NCBI GenBank assembly: GCA_011389895.1
Contig: JAABTN010000013.1
Coordinates: 2,895 to 66,894 of the forward strand
Reading direction: 5' to 3'
Length of the DNA: 64,000 bases
From: Maritimibacter sp.
Lineage (GTDB): Bacteria > Pseudomonadota > Alphaproteobacteria > Rhodobacterales > Rhodobacteraceae
Shown here: in pieces, positions 50,359 to 59,568 of the stretch
Layout: each line of letters begins with the position of its first letter
Position numbering within the stretch: the stretch's first letter is position 1
Notes under the pieces: model-generated
Databases searched by the model: none
Told to the model about the DNA's origin: nothing
What the model saw: only the letters and a program-made list of their open reading frames with translations
Program-made: the position numbers and the translations under genes

Positions 50359-51833
50359 CCTCCAGCGTGAAGCTGTCGAACGCCACGCTTGGTGATCTGC
50401 CAAGCCTCGTCTCGGTCCCGACCTATGATCGTGCGGCGCTGACACCGGGTATCGTTCACATCGGGCTGGGCAATTTCCACCGGGCGCATCAGGCGTGGTA
50501 TCTTCACCGGCTCATGCAGGCGGGGTGGGCGCAGGATTGGGCGATCATCGGCGCGGGCGTGCGCAGCTTTGACACGGCGCAACGCGAAAAGCTTGTCGCA
50601 CAGGATCACCTGACCACCCTGATCGAACTATCCCCCGACGCGACCCGGGCCGAGGTGATCGGCGCGATGATCGGATACGTGCCGATTGAAGAAGGCAACG
50701 GGCCCCTGATTTCCCAGATGGCGGACCCGGCCATCCGGATCGTGGCCCTGACCGTGACCGAGGGCGGCTATTACATCGACCCGGTGACCAACCGGCTCGA
50801 CACCCGTCACCCCGACATTCAACACGATGCAGCGCATCCGGGCACGCCGCACACGGCCTTCGGGGCGATGGTGGCGGCGTTGAAGATACGCCGGGACCGG
50901 GGGCTTGGGGCTTTCACCGGGCAAAGCTGCGACAATCTTCAGGGCAATGGCGCGATCCTGCGCGACACCGTGGTGACGCTCGCCCGGCTTTCTGACCCGG
51001 CGCTTGCAGATTGGATCGACGCGCAGGCGACCTTTCCCAATTCCATGGTCGATTGCATCGTGCCCGCCACAGGCGCGACGGAAATCGCGCTTGCGCGCGA
51101 TCTTGGCGTCGATGACGCGGTGCCGGTGACACATGAGAACTTCCGTCAATGGGTGATCGAGGATGACTTTTGCGCCGGGCGCCCCGATTGGGACCGTGTC
51201 GGGGCAACATTTACCGATGATGTCCACAGTTTTGAGGCCATGAAGATCCGTATTCTTAACGGCGGGCATCAGGTGGTTTCCAACCCCGGCGAGGTGCTGG
51301 GTGTCGCAACCATCGCGGGCTGCATGGAGCATCCGCTTATCGGCCCGCTGTTTCGCAAGGTGGCGCTGGAAGAGATCGCGCCGCATGTCGAGGCCGTGCC
51401 GGGGTGGACGCCCGAGGCCTATGTCGCGCTGATCGAGGCGCGCTTTTCCAACCCCAAGATCGAAGACACGGTGCGCCGCGTCGCCTTTGACGGATCAAGC
51501 CGTCACACCGGCTTCATCCTGCCCGTGATCCGCGATGCATTGGCCGCAGGCGGGGCCATCGACGGGCTGGTGTTGAGCCAGGCGATCTGGGCACGCATGT
51601 GCGCGGGCACGCGCGCGGATGGCAGCACCATCGCCCCGAACGATCCGATCTGGGACAGCCTGAACAGCGCGGCAAAGGCGGCGAAAAGCGACCCTGCCGC
51701 ATGGCTCGCCCAACGAAACCTCTATGGCGATCTTGGCGACAACGCGACCTTTGCGGCCCGCTTCGATCACTGGTTGCGCAAGGTCTGGGGCGACGGGGTC
51801 GAGGCCGCGATCACCGCCTACCTTGAGGCCTGA
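50346..51833 (+). CDS. mtlK: Mannitol 2-dehydrogenase
   Basis: GIVHIGLGNFHRAHQA, LTVTEGGY, SCDNL, FPNSMVDCIVP, KIRILNGGH; start may instead be GTG 50367. Confidence 0.93.
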   Translation: MDELTSSVKLSNATLGDLPSLVSVPTYDRAALTPGIVHIGLGNFHRAHQAWYLHRLMQAGWAQDWAIIGAGVRSFDTAQREKLVAQDHLTTLIELSPDATRAEVIGAMIGYVPIEEGNGPLISQMADPAIRIVALTVTEGGYYIDPVTNRLDTRHPDIQHDAAHPGTPHTAFGAMVAALKIRRDRGLGAFTGQSCDNLQGNGAILRDTVVTLARLSDPALADWIDAQATFPNSMVDCIVPATGATEIALARDLGVDDAVPVTHENFRQWVIEDDFCAGRPDWDRVGATFTDDVHSFEAMKIRILNGGHQVVSNPGEVLGVATIAGCMEHPLIGPLFRKVALEEIAPHVEAVPGWTPEAYVALIEARFSNPKIEDTVRRVAFDGSSRHTGFILPVIRDALAAGGAIDGLVLSQAIWARMCAGTRADGSTIAPNDPIWDSLNSAAKAAKSDPAAWLAQRNLYGDLGDNATFAARFDHWLRKVWGDGVEAAITAYLEA

Positions 51834-51897
51834 TCCCGGCAGGGTGCCCAGGTCGCGACGTGTATGAGGCATACGTCATTCGTGCTATGATGGGCGG

Positions 51898-51931
51898 AAT
51901 GTCGCAAGGGGAGCAATGTCGCAGGGGGAAC
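51898..51931 (+). repeat. 17-bp tandem direct repeat upstream of the beta-propeller gene
   Basis: aatgtcgcaaggggagc / aatgtcgcagggggaac (15 of 17 identical). Confidence 0.75.
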
Positions 51932-51936
51932 ACAGC

Positions 51937-53121
51937 ATGGCGTCAGGCAACATCCAAATCCTTGTCGGGACGACAAAAGGTGCCTTTCTCATTTCCGACG
52001 ACGGGGATCGACGCGGCTGGCGCGTGACCGGCCCGTTTTGCGAAGGCTGGCCGATCAACCATGTGGTGGGTGACCCGGAAAGCGGTGCGCTTTGGGCCGG
52101 TGGTGGCGACGATTTTCATGGTGCGGGCATCTGGCGCTCGGACAACGGGGGGGAAAGCTGGACCCTCGCGCGGCTTACCAAGGGCATGATGGACGACTGG
52201 GCCGCCAATGATCCTGAATTTGCCGAGATGGTCGGCTGGACCGAGGCGCCTCTGCCTTTTGGCGACGCCTTTTCGCAGGTCTGGTCGCTTTGCCATGCGC
52301 ACGGCACGCTTTATGCCGGGACAAAGCCCGCCGGCCTGTTGCAAAGCCGCGATGACGGCGTGACGTGGGACATGGTCGACGGGTTGACCAATCACCCCTC
52401 AGCCGAAAGCTGGACCCCCGGCGGTGCCGGTCTTGTCCTGCACACGATCGTGGCCGACCCGGGCAATCCCGGCAAGCTCTGGGTCGCCATCTCTGCCGCA
52501 GGCGTCTTTGCCACCGAGGATGGGGGCAAGACATGGGATCGCCGAAATCGCCTGTCAAACGCCGAGGCACAGCCTGATCATGGCCACCCCGCGGGGCCGC
52601 AGGGCGGCGAAACCGGCCATTGCGTGCACAACATGACCCGCGCGCCCGGGGAGGAAGACGTGGTTTACCAGCAAAACCACCACGGCGTCTGGCGCTCGGC
52701 GGATGGCGGGCGCAGTTGGGATGATATCACCGAAGGCCTGCCCTCGACCTTCGGGTTTCCGATCCGGGTGCATCCACGAGATCCGAACACGATCTGGACC
52801 CTGCCGCTGAACGGCGACATGGCGGGCCGGTTCCCGCCCGAGGCCGCCGCAGCGGTCTGGCGGTCGCGCGATGGGGGGCAAAGCTGGCAAGACCTGCGCA
52901 CCGGATTGCCCCAGACGGCGTGTTATTTCACGGTGTTGCGACAGGCCATGGGGGGCGATACGCGCGACCCTGCGGGGCTCTATTTCGGCACCAACAGTGG
53001 ATCGGTGTTCTCAAGCACGGACGAAGGTGACACGTGGGACGAGATTGCCCGCCACCTTCCAACCATCCTCGCCGTCGAGGTGCTCGACCCCGCCGGTCAA
53101 AAAGCGGCACCTGCGACCTGA
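51937..53121 (+). CDS. Asp-box (BNR) beta-propeller protein, sialidase/WD40-YVTN-like, unknown function
   Basis: Six S/T-x-D-x-G-x-S/T-W Asp-boxes; no signal peptide. Confidence 0.85.
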   Translation: MASGNIQILVGTTKGAFLISDDGDRRGWRVTGPFCEGWPINHVVGDPESGALWAGGGDDFHGAGIWRSDNGGESWTLARLTKGMMDDWAANDPEFAEMVGWTEAPLPFGDAFSQVWSLCHAHGTLYAGTKPAGLLQSRDDGVTWDMVDGLTNHPSAESWTPGGAGLVLHTIVADPGNPGKLWVAISAAGVFATEDGGKTWDRRNRLSNAEAQPDHGHPAGPQGGETGHCVHNMTRAPGEEDVVYQQNHHGVWRSADGGRSWDDITEGLPSTFGFPIRVHPRDPNTIWTLPLNGDMAGRFPPEAAAAVWRSRDGGQSWQDLRTGLPQTACYFTVLRQAMGGDTRDPAGLYFGTNSGSVFSSTDEGDTWDEIARHLPTILAVEVLDPAGQKAAPAT

Positions 53122-53164
53122 CAGGCCGCGCGACGCCGGGCTTTGGCGATGGCCGGATGGCCGC

Positions 53165-53413
53165 TTATTGGTAGGCGAGCAGGTCACTGAACCCTGGGGC
53201 TGCGTCGCAGGATTTCGACGTTCGGATCGCGACATAAGAAAAGCCGGTGTCTTCGCGTCTATGCACCAAGAGGACAAGACCGCTTGTATAGAGATATCGG
53301 GCCAGTTCCATGACCGAAAAGGCCGCGCGTTGGGAGCTGTGGCCATAGGCATAGCTATCCCGCGGCCCTGCGGTCTCGACGAAGGCGAGAAGCTTGCGTT
53401 CTTCATGGTTCAA
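53165..53413 (-). CDS. Small hypothetical protein (~82 aa)
   Basis: TTG start (L/M)NHEERKLLAFVETAG...VMELARYLYTSGLVLLVHRREDTGFSYVAIRT; protein-like composition, family not recognised. Confidence 0.45.
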   Translation of the reverse strand: MNHEERKLLAFVETAGPRDSYAYGHSSQRAAFSVMELARYLYTSGLVLLVHRREDTGFSYVAIRTSKSCDAAPGFSDLLAYQ

Positions 53414-53930
53414 TCTACGCGAAAGGGGTCGCATACTGCTGCCGCCTGTTTATTCTGTCTGGTGGGCCCGGCGCCAAGGCCACGCTCATGCAAGTGATGT
53501 GCGTGTGGTCCCGCATGTTGGCTGACACGCCATGTCTCCCAATTTCGCGCGCTGCCGTGAAACAGCACGCGCCGCCTACACGCGCCCTGCATCGCGGCGA
53601 CGGTCAGAAAAGTCCCGACCGAAGCAAAATATTGGGGCGATTGCCTCGGCCGGGGAGTGAAACGACCCGATTCCGCATATCACAGAGCATGATGAGGGCG
53701 CGAAATCAGCCATCCAACGGAGAAGTAGACGAACCTCTCAAAGGCACTTTTTGCTGAATTGGCAAACAGCTGCAATAAATCGAAAGTTTTTTGAGAGTTC
53801 TTTCGTTTCCGACCCAGTGAGAGGGTGATTTACTCTCTGTGCGCGCACGCGGGGGCCAAGGATCGCAATCAACCTTGTCGGATTTGTCATCGGTTGGAAC
53901 AGGCGCGATCCGGATAGGAACCAGACGGTG

Positions 53931-54581
53931 TCAGATGATCCCTTGCTGCGTCGCGATGATGACCGCATGCGCACGGTTTCGCGCATTAAGACGACTGTAG
54001 AGACCGCGCATCTTCATTTTAATGGCGAGTTCGGTCAACCCCAGCTCGACCGCGATTTCCTTGTTGGTCTTTCCCTCGGACACCGATTTCAGGATCAAAC
54101 GATCCCGGCTGGTGAGGCCCCCGGGTTCATCGGTCTCGCCGGGCCTTTGCCGCGACAAGGTGATCGGGACAAATTCATGACCGTCCGCGATGAGCCGAAG
54201 GGTCGCGGGCAAGCTGCGAAGCGGTTGATCTTTCGAAATGTACCCTTTTGCGCCAAGCTCGATCGCCTGCCACACAAAGTCCGGTTCGGTCGTTCCCGAG
54301 AAAACCACGACCGAAGCATCCCGCGCCGTATCGATGACATGCTTGACCGAGCGTAATCCCTGCATGCCCGGCATCGACACGTCGAGCAGAATGAGATCGA
54401 AGGATACGGATTTGCGACGCAACGCATCGAGGGTTTCCGACAGGCTTGCGGCCAAATAAACGTCGAACCCTTCATCGGGCGAGAGTAACGCCTTCAGGGC
54501 TTCCGAGATCATCTTGTGGTCGTCCGCAATCAAGACGGTTATCGTTTCCGCATCAGACGCAAGGGCCGCCTGCCTGTCCAT
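53931..54581 (-). CDS. NarL/FixJ-family response regulator (REC + LuxR HTH)
   Basis: VLIADDH, LILLDVSMPG, GAKGYISK, GKTNKEIAVELG. Confidence 0.93.
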   Translation of the reverse strand: MDRQAALASDAETITVLIADDHKMISEALKALLSPDEGFDVYLAASLSETLDALRRKSVSFDLILLDVSMPGMQGLRSVKHVIDTARDASVVVFSGTTEPDFVWQAIELGAKGYISKDQPLRSLPATLRLIADGHEFVPITLSRQRPGETDEPGGLTSRDRLILKSVSEGKTNKEIAVELGLTELAIKMKMRGLYSRLNARNRAHAVIIATQQGII

Positions 54582-54786
54582 GGAACCATTTTCCGAATTC
54601 ATCACTTGATACGCTCCCTTCCCACGTTTTGGGTGCCGGACAACCGCTTCCTGTCCTTCGGGGTTTCAGTGTACATCTTTCCGCAGGAAAGACGCGCATA
54701 CGACCGTTCGTTTCACACGAATGCCCCACAGCAGACAATAGAGGCACAGAAAGTGTGATATAGTGCTTCATTTGAGTCTGAAAGCG

Positions 54787-54816
54787 AAACCTTAGTTTCC
54801 CGCAAAACTAAAGTTT
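54787..54816. promoter_or_regulatory. Inverted repeat in the divergent promoter of the signalling module
   Basis: aaaccttagttt-N6-aaactaaagttt (11 of 12 complementary). Confidence 0.55.
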
Positions 54817-54872
54817 TGTTTGGGATTCGGATAGTTGTGGTAGAAATCGCGTGCGAACAGAGAAGAAAAATC

Positions 54873-55385
54873 ATGCACATGATCACACGACACGCCCGCA
54901 GCGTCAGCCTTTTGGTCTCCGTCCTCCTGCTACTTTTGCAGGTGAAAGCGGTCCTTGCGCAGGAGGCCCAGGTTCAGCTTACGATACATCTTGATCCCAA
55001 GGCCGAGCCTATCGCTTTGACCGACGCTGACCTGATGGCCTTGGACCAGGAAGCCTTCGTGACATCGACGCTTTGGACCCCTGCACCGCAGCGTTTCTCG
55101 GGCCCCTCATTGCACAGTATCTTGACCATGGCGGGCGCGACCCCACCCTTCGAGATTACGCTGGTTGCGGCGAATGATTATGCCGTGACAATCGGGCCCG
55201 ACCTGATTGACGAAACCTACCCGATCATTGCCAACAGGATCGACGGGGCCGCCTTCTCGGTCCGCGAAAAAGGTCCGCTTTGGGTCATGTATCCCTTCGA
55301 TCACCATAAGAAGTTCAAGAGAGAAGATGTCTACGCCGCTTCCGTTTGGCAGTTGACCGAGATAAAGCTGACCACGCCGGACTAA
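54873..55385 (+). CDS. Exported protein of the molybdopterin-dependent oxidoreductase (sulfite oxidase/YedY) fold family, short and Cys-free
   Basis: Signal peptide ending AVLA; TSTLW..FSGPSL, AANDYAV, IIANRIDG, REKGPLWVMYP; no Cys in the protein. Confidence 0.7.
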   Translation: MHMITRHARSVSLLVSVLLLLLQVKAVLAQEAQVQLTIHLDPKAEPIALTDADLMALDQEAFVTSTLWTPAPQRFSGPSLHSILTMAGATPPFEITLVAANDYAVTIGPDLIDETYPIIANRIDGAAFSVREKGPLWVMYPFDHHKKFKREDVYAASVWQLTEIKLTTPD

Positions 55386-55424
55386 GCGCCGAGCGCCCGG
55401 ACATGATGCGAGGGACCGCAACGC

Positions 55425-58034
55425 ATGGCAAAATTGCAGCAGATCAGCGGACTTTTGGCCCTGATCACCGCCGTGGCCGTTCTGGGGATTCTGGTCAGTC
55501 AGCTCTCGCAAAAAGTCGAGCAGTTCTCGTTTGCCCGTTCTGACAGCGACGCGTGGAATTTTGCCCAGGTCGAGGTTGCCTTTACCCGCCTTCACGCGGC
55601 CTTGCTTGAGGGGCAGACCGAAGTCCGCGCGCAGGGGCGTGTCGACATCGAAGGTGATACCGAGATCCTTGCGCGTTTTGATATATTCTATTCACGGGTC
55701 GATACGGTGTCGGACCGCTACGGCATGTTCCCGGGGCAAAACGCGATGCGCCCGACGCTCGCGCAGATTCGTGAGGCGCGCGACCTTATGGCGGAAACGC
55801 TTGATGCGGGGCGATATCTGTCCGAACCACAGTATTATGCGCTTCTCGAAAAAGCGGAAAACCTGCGCCCATTGGTTCGTAATTTTGCGCTAGCCGCCAC
55901 GCATTCTTCCATCGAGGATCAGGAACGCGTGCGGGTCGACGTATATTCATCTTTGCGCAATGCTTTCATTACCCTGTCCGCACTTGCCTTCTTGTTGTTG
56001 GTTCTGGCCGCCAGTCTTATTCACGTGTCACGCAGGTTGGCGGCGAAGAATATATCTGAGTTGAATATTATCAGGTATTTGACCCAACTGATCGAGGTCT
56101 CGACGGACGGGATCGTTATCCTCGACCGGGATTTGAAAGTTATCAATGTAAACCGCGCGGCGGAGTGGATATTTGGTTGCGATCGTTCCGTGCTTATGGG
56201 ACGGGATGCGATGCAAACCCTGTGCCCTCAGCGCCGCACGGGGGGCATGGAGAAACGGCTACGCGCGCTGTTTGATGACGAATTCGATTCAAAAAACAAT
56301 CTATACCAGGTGCCGATTTTCGCGCGCCGCAAAGATGGTGCCTTGTTCCCGGCCGAGCTGAGCGTTGTCTGTGTCAGAGATCAATCCTGCCAGAAGGTGC
56401 TGGTCGGCTTCGTGCGCGATCTGTCATCGCAACGCAAGGCCCGGAAGGTCACGAAAAGCGCCCTTGCGCGCGCGCGTAATGATGCTGCTGCAAAACAACG
56501 GTTTCTCGCCACCATGAGCCATGAAATGCGCACGCCTTTGCATAGCATCATCTTGGCCAGCGACATGGCGCTGACACCCGACACGCCGACTGTCCCGGAA
56601 AGCTCGATTTCGGTGATTCGTGCCGCCGCGCAAACGGCGCTGGACCAAGTCGAGGATGTTCTTGAGATCGCGCGGGACAGCGCCATTTCGCCAGAGGAAA
56701 AAGTCGAAGACCTTGATGCCGAAGCGGTTGCCAAATCGTTGGTCATGCAGATGCACCCCATGGCGCGGGCCCGAGACAGTCAGCTTGTCTTCAACTGGAC
56801 CGCGCCCGACAGGCTGCGCGGCGCACCGGGTCCGTTTACCAAGATCATACAAAACCTCGTCTCGAACGCGATCAACGCCACGCAACACGGAACGGTCACC
56901 ATCACCGGATCGCCCGGCACCCTGAAGGGTCGCCCTGCCTTGCAGATCGAGGTTGCGGATACCGGGCGGGGGATCAGCGACGCCGACAAGGAAAATGTCT
57001 TTCATGATTTCTTCTCGGGGACTGGCCTGGACGAAAACACCACCACGGGCACGGGGCTCGGGCTGGGGATCGTGAAAAGGGCGCTGGACACGATGGGGGG
57101 CCAGATCACCTTTGAAAGCGCCCTCGGGGAGGGGACAAGATTTCAGGTCTTGATCCCGCTGTCACACCCCCCCGCGCGCCCGTTCGAAAGTAAGACACAT
57201 CCTGTCTCCCGCGACCAGAACGCCGGGCCCGATGGGGCGTCTGATCCGCACCTGGCCCCGCCAAGAAACCCGACAGGCGAGAAGGTTCTCGTGATCGAGG
57301 ATCATGCGACCAATCGACAGCTTCTTGAGGCCATGCTGATCAAGCTGGGCTACGAGGTTACAACCGCAGCCGATGGGGTCGAAGGGGTCCGGTGCGCGAT
57401 TGAAACGGACTTTGACCTGGTTCTCACCGATATTAATATGCCAAGGTTGTCTGGCGACAAGGTTGCAAGATGCCTGCGGCATTCAAGCGTTTCTGGCAAT
57501 GCCTGCATCATCGCCGTGACCGCGAAGTCGGGGGTCTCGGACGCGCAGGGCGCAGCGATCGTCTCCGGAAACATAGACGCCTTCTTGTTCAAACCCTTCG
57601 ACAGTGTGCGGCTGGCCACTGTCATTTCCGAAGCCCGCGAAGAACGGTCCTTCGCGGCGGAAGACATAGAAAAAGAGGTCTCGGACCGCGGTGATCTTTC
57701 GGCCCCCGCGCAAAAGAGACTGGTTGAAACCAGCCCATACCCAGACCTCATGGCGCAGGCCAAGACAGACATGCGGGCGCTTCTTGCACGAATGGCGGAT
57801 GTGACCGGAGCCGATATCATGCAAACCGGCTTTGACGATCTGGCGCGTTTTGCACATTACGTTGCGGGAAGCCTCTTGGTCTTGGGGTTGCTTGACCTTG
57901 GCCATGCAGTGGCCGACGTCGAACGCATGTGTCACGACAGGGATCGGCAAAGCCTTGTCGCCTTCACCATCATCCTTGCGGCGGAAACCGACCGATTGTT
58001 CGGGGATGCGCCTGCGGAAGTCACACCGGCCTGA
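55425..58034 (+). CDS. Hybrid sensor kinase: TM-periplasmic-TM, PAS, HisKA, HATPase, REC, HPt
   Basis: PAS (VNRAAEWIFG...ARRKDGALFPAELSV), FLATMSHEMRTPL, NLVSNA, DTGRG, GTGLGL, LVLTDINMP, FAHYVAGS. Confidence 0.93.
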   Translation: MAKLQQISGLLALITAVAVLGILVSQLSQKVEQFSFARSDSDAWNFAQVEVAFTRLHAALLEGQTEVRAQGRVDIEGDTEILARFDIFYSRVDTVSDRYGMFPGQNAMRPTLAQIREARDLMAETLDAGRYLSEPQYYALLEKAENLRPLVRNFALAATHSSIEDQERVRVDVYSSLRNAFITLSALAFLLLVLAASLIHVSRRLAAKNISELNIIRYLTQLIEVSTDGIVILDRDLKVINVNRAAEWIFGCDRSVLMGRDAMQTLCPQRRTGGMEKRLRALFDDEFDSKNNLYQVPIFARRKDGALFPAELSVVCVRDQSCQKVLVGFVRDLSSQRKARKVTKSALARARNDAAAKQRFLATMSHEMRTPLHSIILASDMALTPDTPTVPESSISVIRAAAQTALDQVEDVLEIARDSAISPEEKVEDLDAEAVAKSLVMQMHPMARARDSQLVFNWTAPDRLRGAPGPFTKIIQNLVSNAINATQHGTVTITGSPGTLKGRPALQIEVADTGRGISDADKENVFHDFFSGTGLDENTTTGTGLGLGIVKRALDTMGGQITFESALGEGTRFQVLIPLSHPPARPFESKTHPVSRDQNAGPDGASDPHLAPPRNPTGEKVLVIEDHATNRQLLEAMLIKLGYEVTTAADGVEGVRCAIETDFDLVLTDINMPRLSGDKVARCLRHSSVSGNACIIAVTAKSGVSDAQGAAIVSGNIDAFLFKPFDSVRLATVISEAREERSFAAEDIEKEVSDRGDLSAPAQKRLVETSPYPDLMAQAKTDMRALLARMADVTGADIMQTGFDDLARFAHYVAGSLLVLGLLDLGHAVADVERMCHDRDRQSLVAFTIILAAETDRLFGDAPAEVTPA

Positions 58035-58102
58035 CGGGGGGCCCGTGGCACCATACCATGCGCACTCCCGAAAGGGTTTCATCGAAACTTATGCGGGCAG
58101 GT

Positions 58103-58115
58103 CAAAACCAAAGTT
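58103..58115 (+). promoter_or_regulatory. Second copy of the module half-site
   Basis: CAAAACCAAAGTT versus CAAAACTAAAGTT at 54803-54815. Confidence 0.4.
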
Positions 58116-58180
58116 GAAAAGCCACGGTCGGCTAGCCGCGTTAACCTCTTTCTACGTTTCTTGGCGAGAGGTGACATCCG

Positions 58181-58726
58181 ATGTTTACGATTTTTGACGG
58201 CCCCGATGCCAATTGTATCTTGCTCAGCGGGACCCGGCCCACGGTTTCGGACCTGTCTCAGTATCTTGAGCAGAACGAGGTCGCGCTTCGCCATGTCACG
58301 TCTTACGAAGCCTTGCACACCACGCTTGAGACCGGAGGGGACGCGAATTACATCCTCGTCGATGTCGATGCGTTCGGTGGCATCGATACCCAGTTCGAGC
58401 GTTTGCGATCGCTCCGCGATGCCTTTCCGGACAAGCCGACAATCCTGCTGTCCGCCGCGTTCGGGAGGGATGAATTCGGCACCCATCGCATGATGCTTGG
58501 GGATGTGTCCCTGCGCGTGCCTGTCCTGCATGCCTCGATCGAAATCGCCTTGCTCCAAGCCCCCGTCAACAATGCGGAATGGCGCGCTCGGTTCGATGAG
58601 ATGCAATATGAACGCTCCAGCCAGCGCGTCTGGTCGGCCGGGTGGTGGAAAACCCTTTCGGCTGGCGTGGACGCCCCAAAGGACCCTGTCAGATTGATGA
58701 ACCACCCCAGTTTCGCGGCAGGTTAA
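58181..58726 (+). CDS. Atypical stand-alone receiver-like protein
   Basis: Predicted receiver strand pattern: CILLSG (no acidic pair), YILVDVD (Asp kept), TILLSA, SLRVP (no KP). Confidence 0.55.
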   Translation: MFTIFDGPDANCILLSGTRPTVSDLSQYLEQNEVALRHVTSYEALHTTLETGGDANYILVDVDAFGGIDTQFERLRSLRDAFPDKPTILLSAAFGRDEFGTHRMMLGDVSLRVPVLHASIEIALLQAPVNNAEWRARFDEMQYERSSQRVWSAGWWKTLSAGVDAPKDPVRLMNHPSFAAG

Positions 58727-58758
58727 CGCCGAATGCGATCTATCCGTTCAGGTCCATG

Positions 58759-59568
58759 TCAATATCCCTTGTAGTCGGGTTTGCGCTTCTCCATGAAGGC
58801 GCGCGGGCCTTCGCGGGCATCTTCGGTCGCCATCACGACCGCTTTCGACGCATTTTCCAGCGCGTAACCTTCGTCGAGCGGACGCCCCATGCTCCGCGTC
58901 ACGGTCTTCTTGATCTCCTGCACCGAGACGGGGGCGTTCTCGGCGATCCGGTCCGTCATCGCCCGCGCCTCGGCCATCAGGTCTTCGGGTGCGACGATCC
59001 GGTTGATGAGCCCGTGCCTTAGCGCGCCTTCGGCATCAAGCGGCACATTGGCCACCATCATCTCCATCGCGGCCGTGTACGGGATCTGGCGCGGCAGTCT
59101 GGCCAAAGCGCCCGCGAAGGGGATGACCCCGCGCGCCGCTTCCGGCAGGGCAAAGGTCGCGCCGGGCACGGCAAGCCGGATGTCGGTCGCGAGCAGGATC
59201 TCCATCCCACCTGCCATGCACGGGCCATTCACCGCCGCCACGATGGGCTTGTACATCTCGAACCCACGCAGCGCGGTGCGGGCATGAACGCTTTCGTCCT
59301 CAAGAAACCGGCGGTCCCAATCCGTTTCAACCGGACGTGCGCCGGAGAGCAGAGGCAGGGACAGTTCAAGATCACCGCCCGAGCAAAACGCCTTGTCGCC
59401 GGAACCGGTCAGGATGACTGCGCGGATCGTGTCGTCCTCGGCGATCTCGGCCATTGCGTCGGCCATCAGGCAGGCGACTTCCGGGCTGATCGCGTTGCGC
59501 CGTGCAGGGCGGTTGAATGTCAGCGTGGCGACATGTCCGTCGCGTTCGAACAGGAACGGCGCGCTCAT
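58759..59568 (-). CDS. Enoyl-CoA hydratase/crotonase family
   Basis: FNRPARRNA, AFCSGGDL, AAVNGPCMAGGMEI, FALPEA, EDAREGPRAFMEKRKP. Confidence 0.93.
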   Translation of the reverse strand: MSAPFLFERDGHVATLTFNRPARRNAISPEVACLMADAMAEIAEDDTIRAVILTGSGDKAFCSGGDLELSLPLLSGARPVETDWDRRFLEDESVHARTALRGFEMYKPIVAAVNGPCMAGGMEILLATDIRLAVPGATFALPEAARGVIPFAGALARLPRQIPYTAAMEMMVANVPLDAEGALRHGLINRIVAPEDLMAEARAMTDRIAENAPVSVQEIKKTVTRSMGRPLDEGYALENASKAVVMATEDAREGPRAFMEKRKPDYKGY

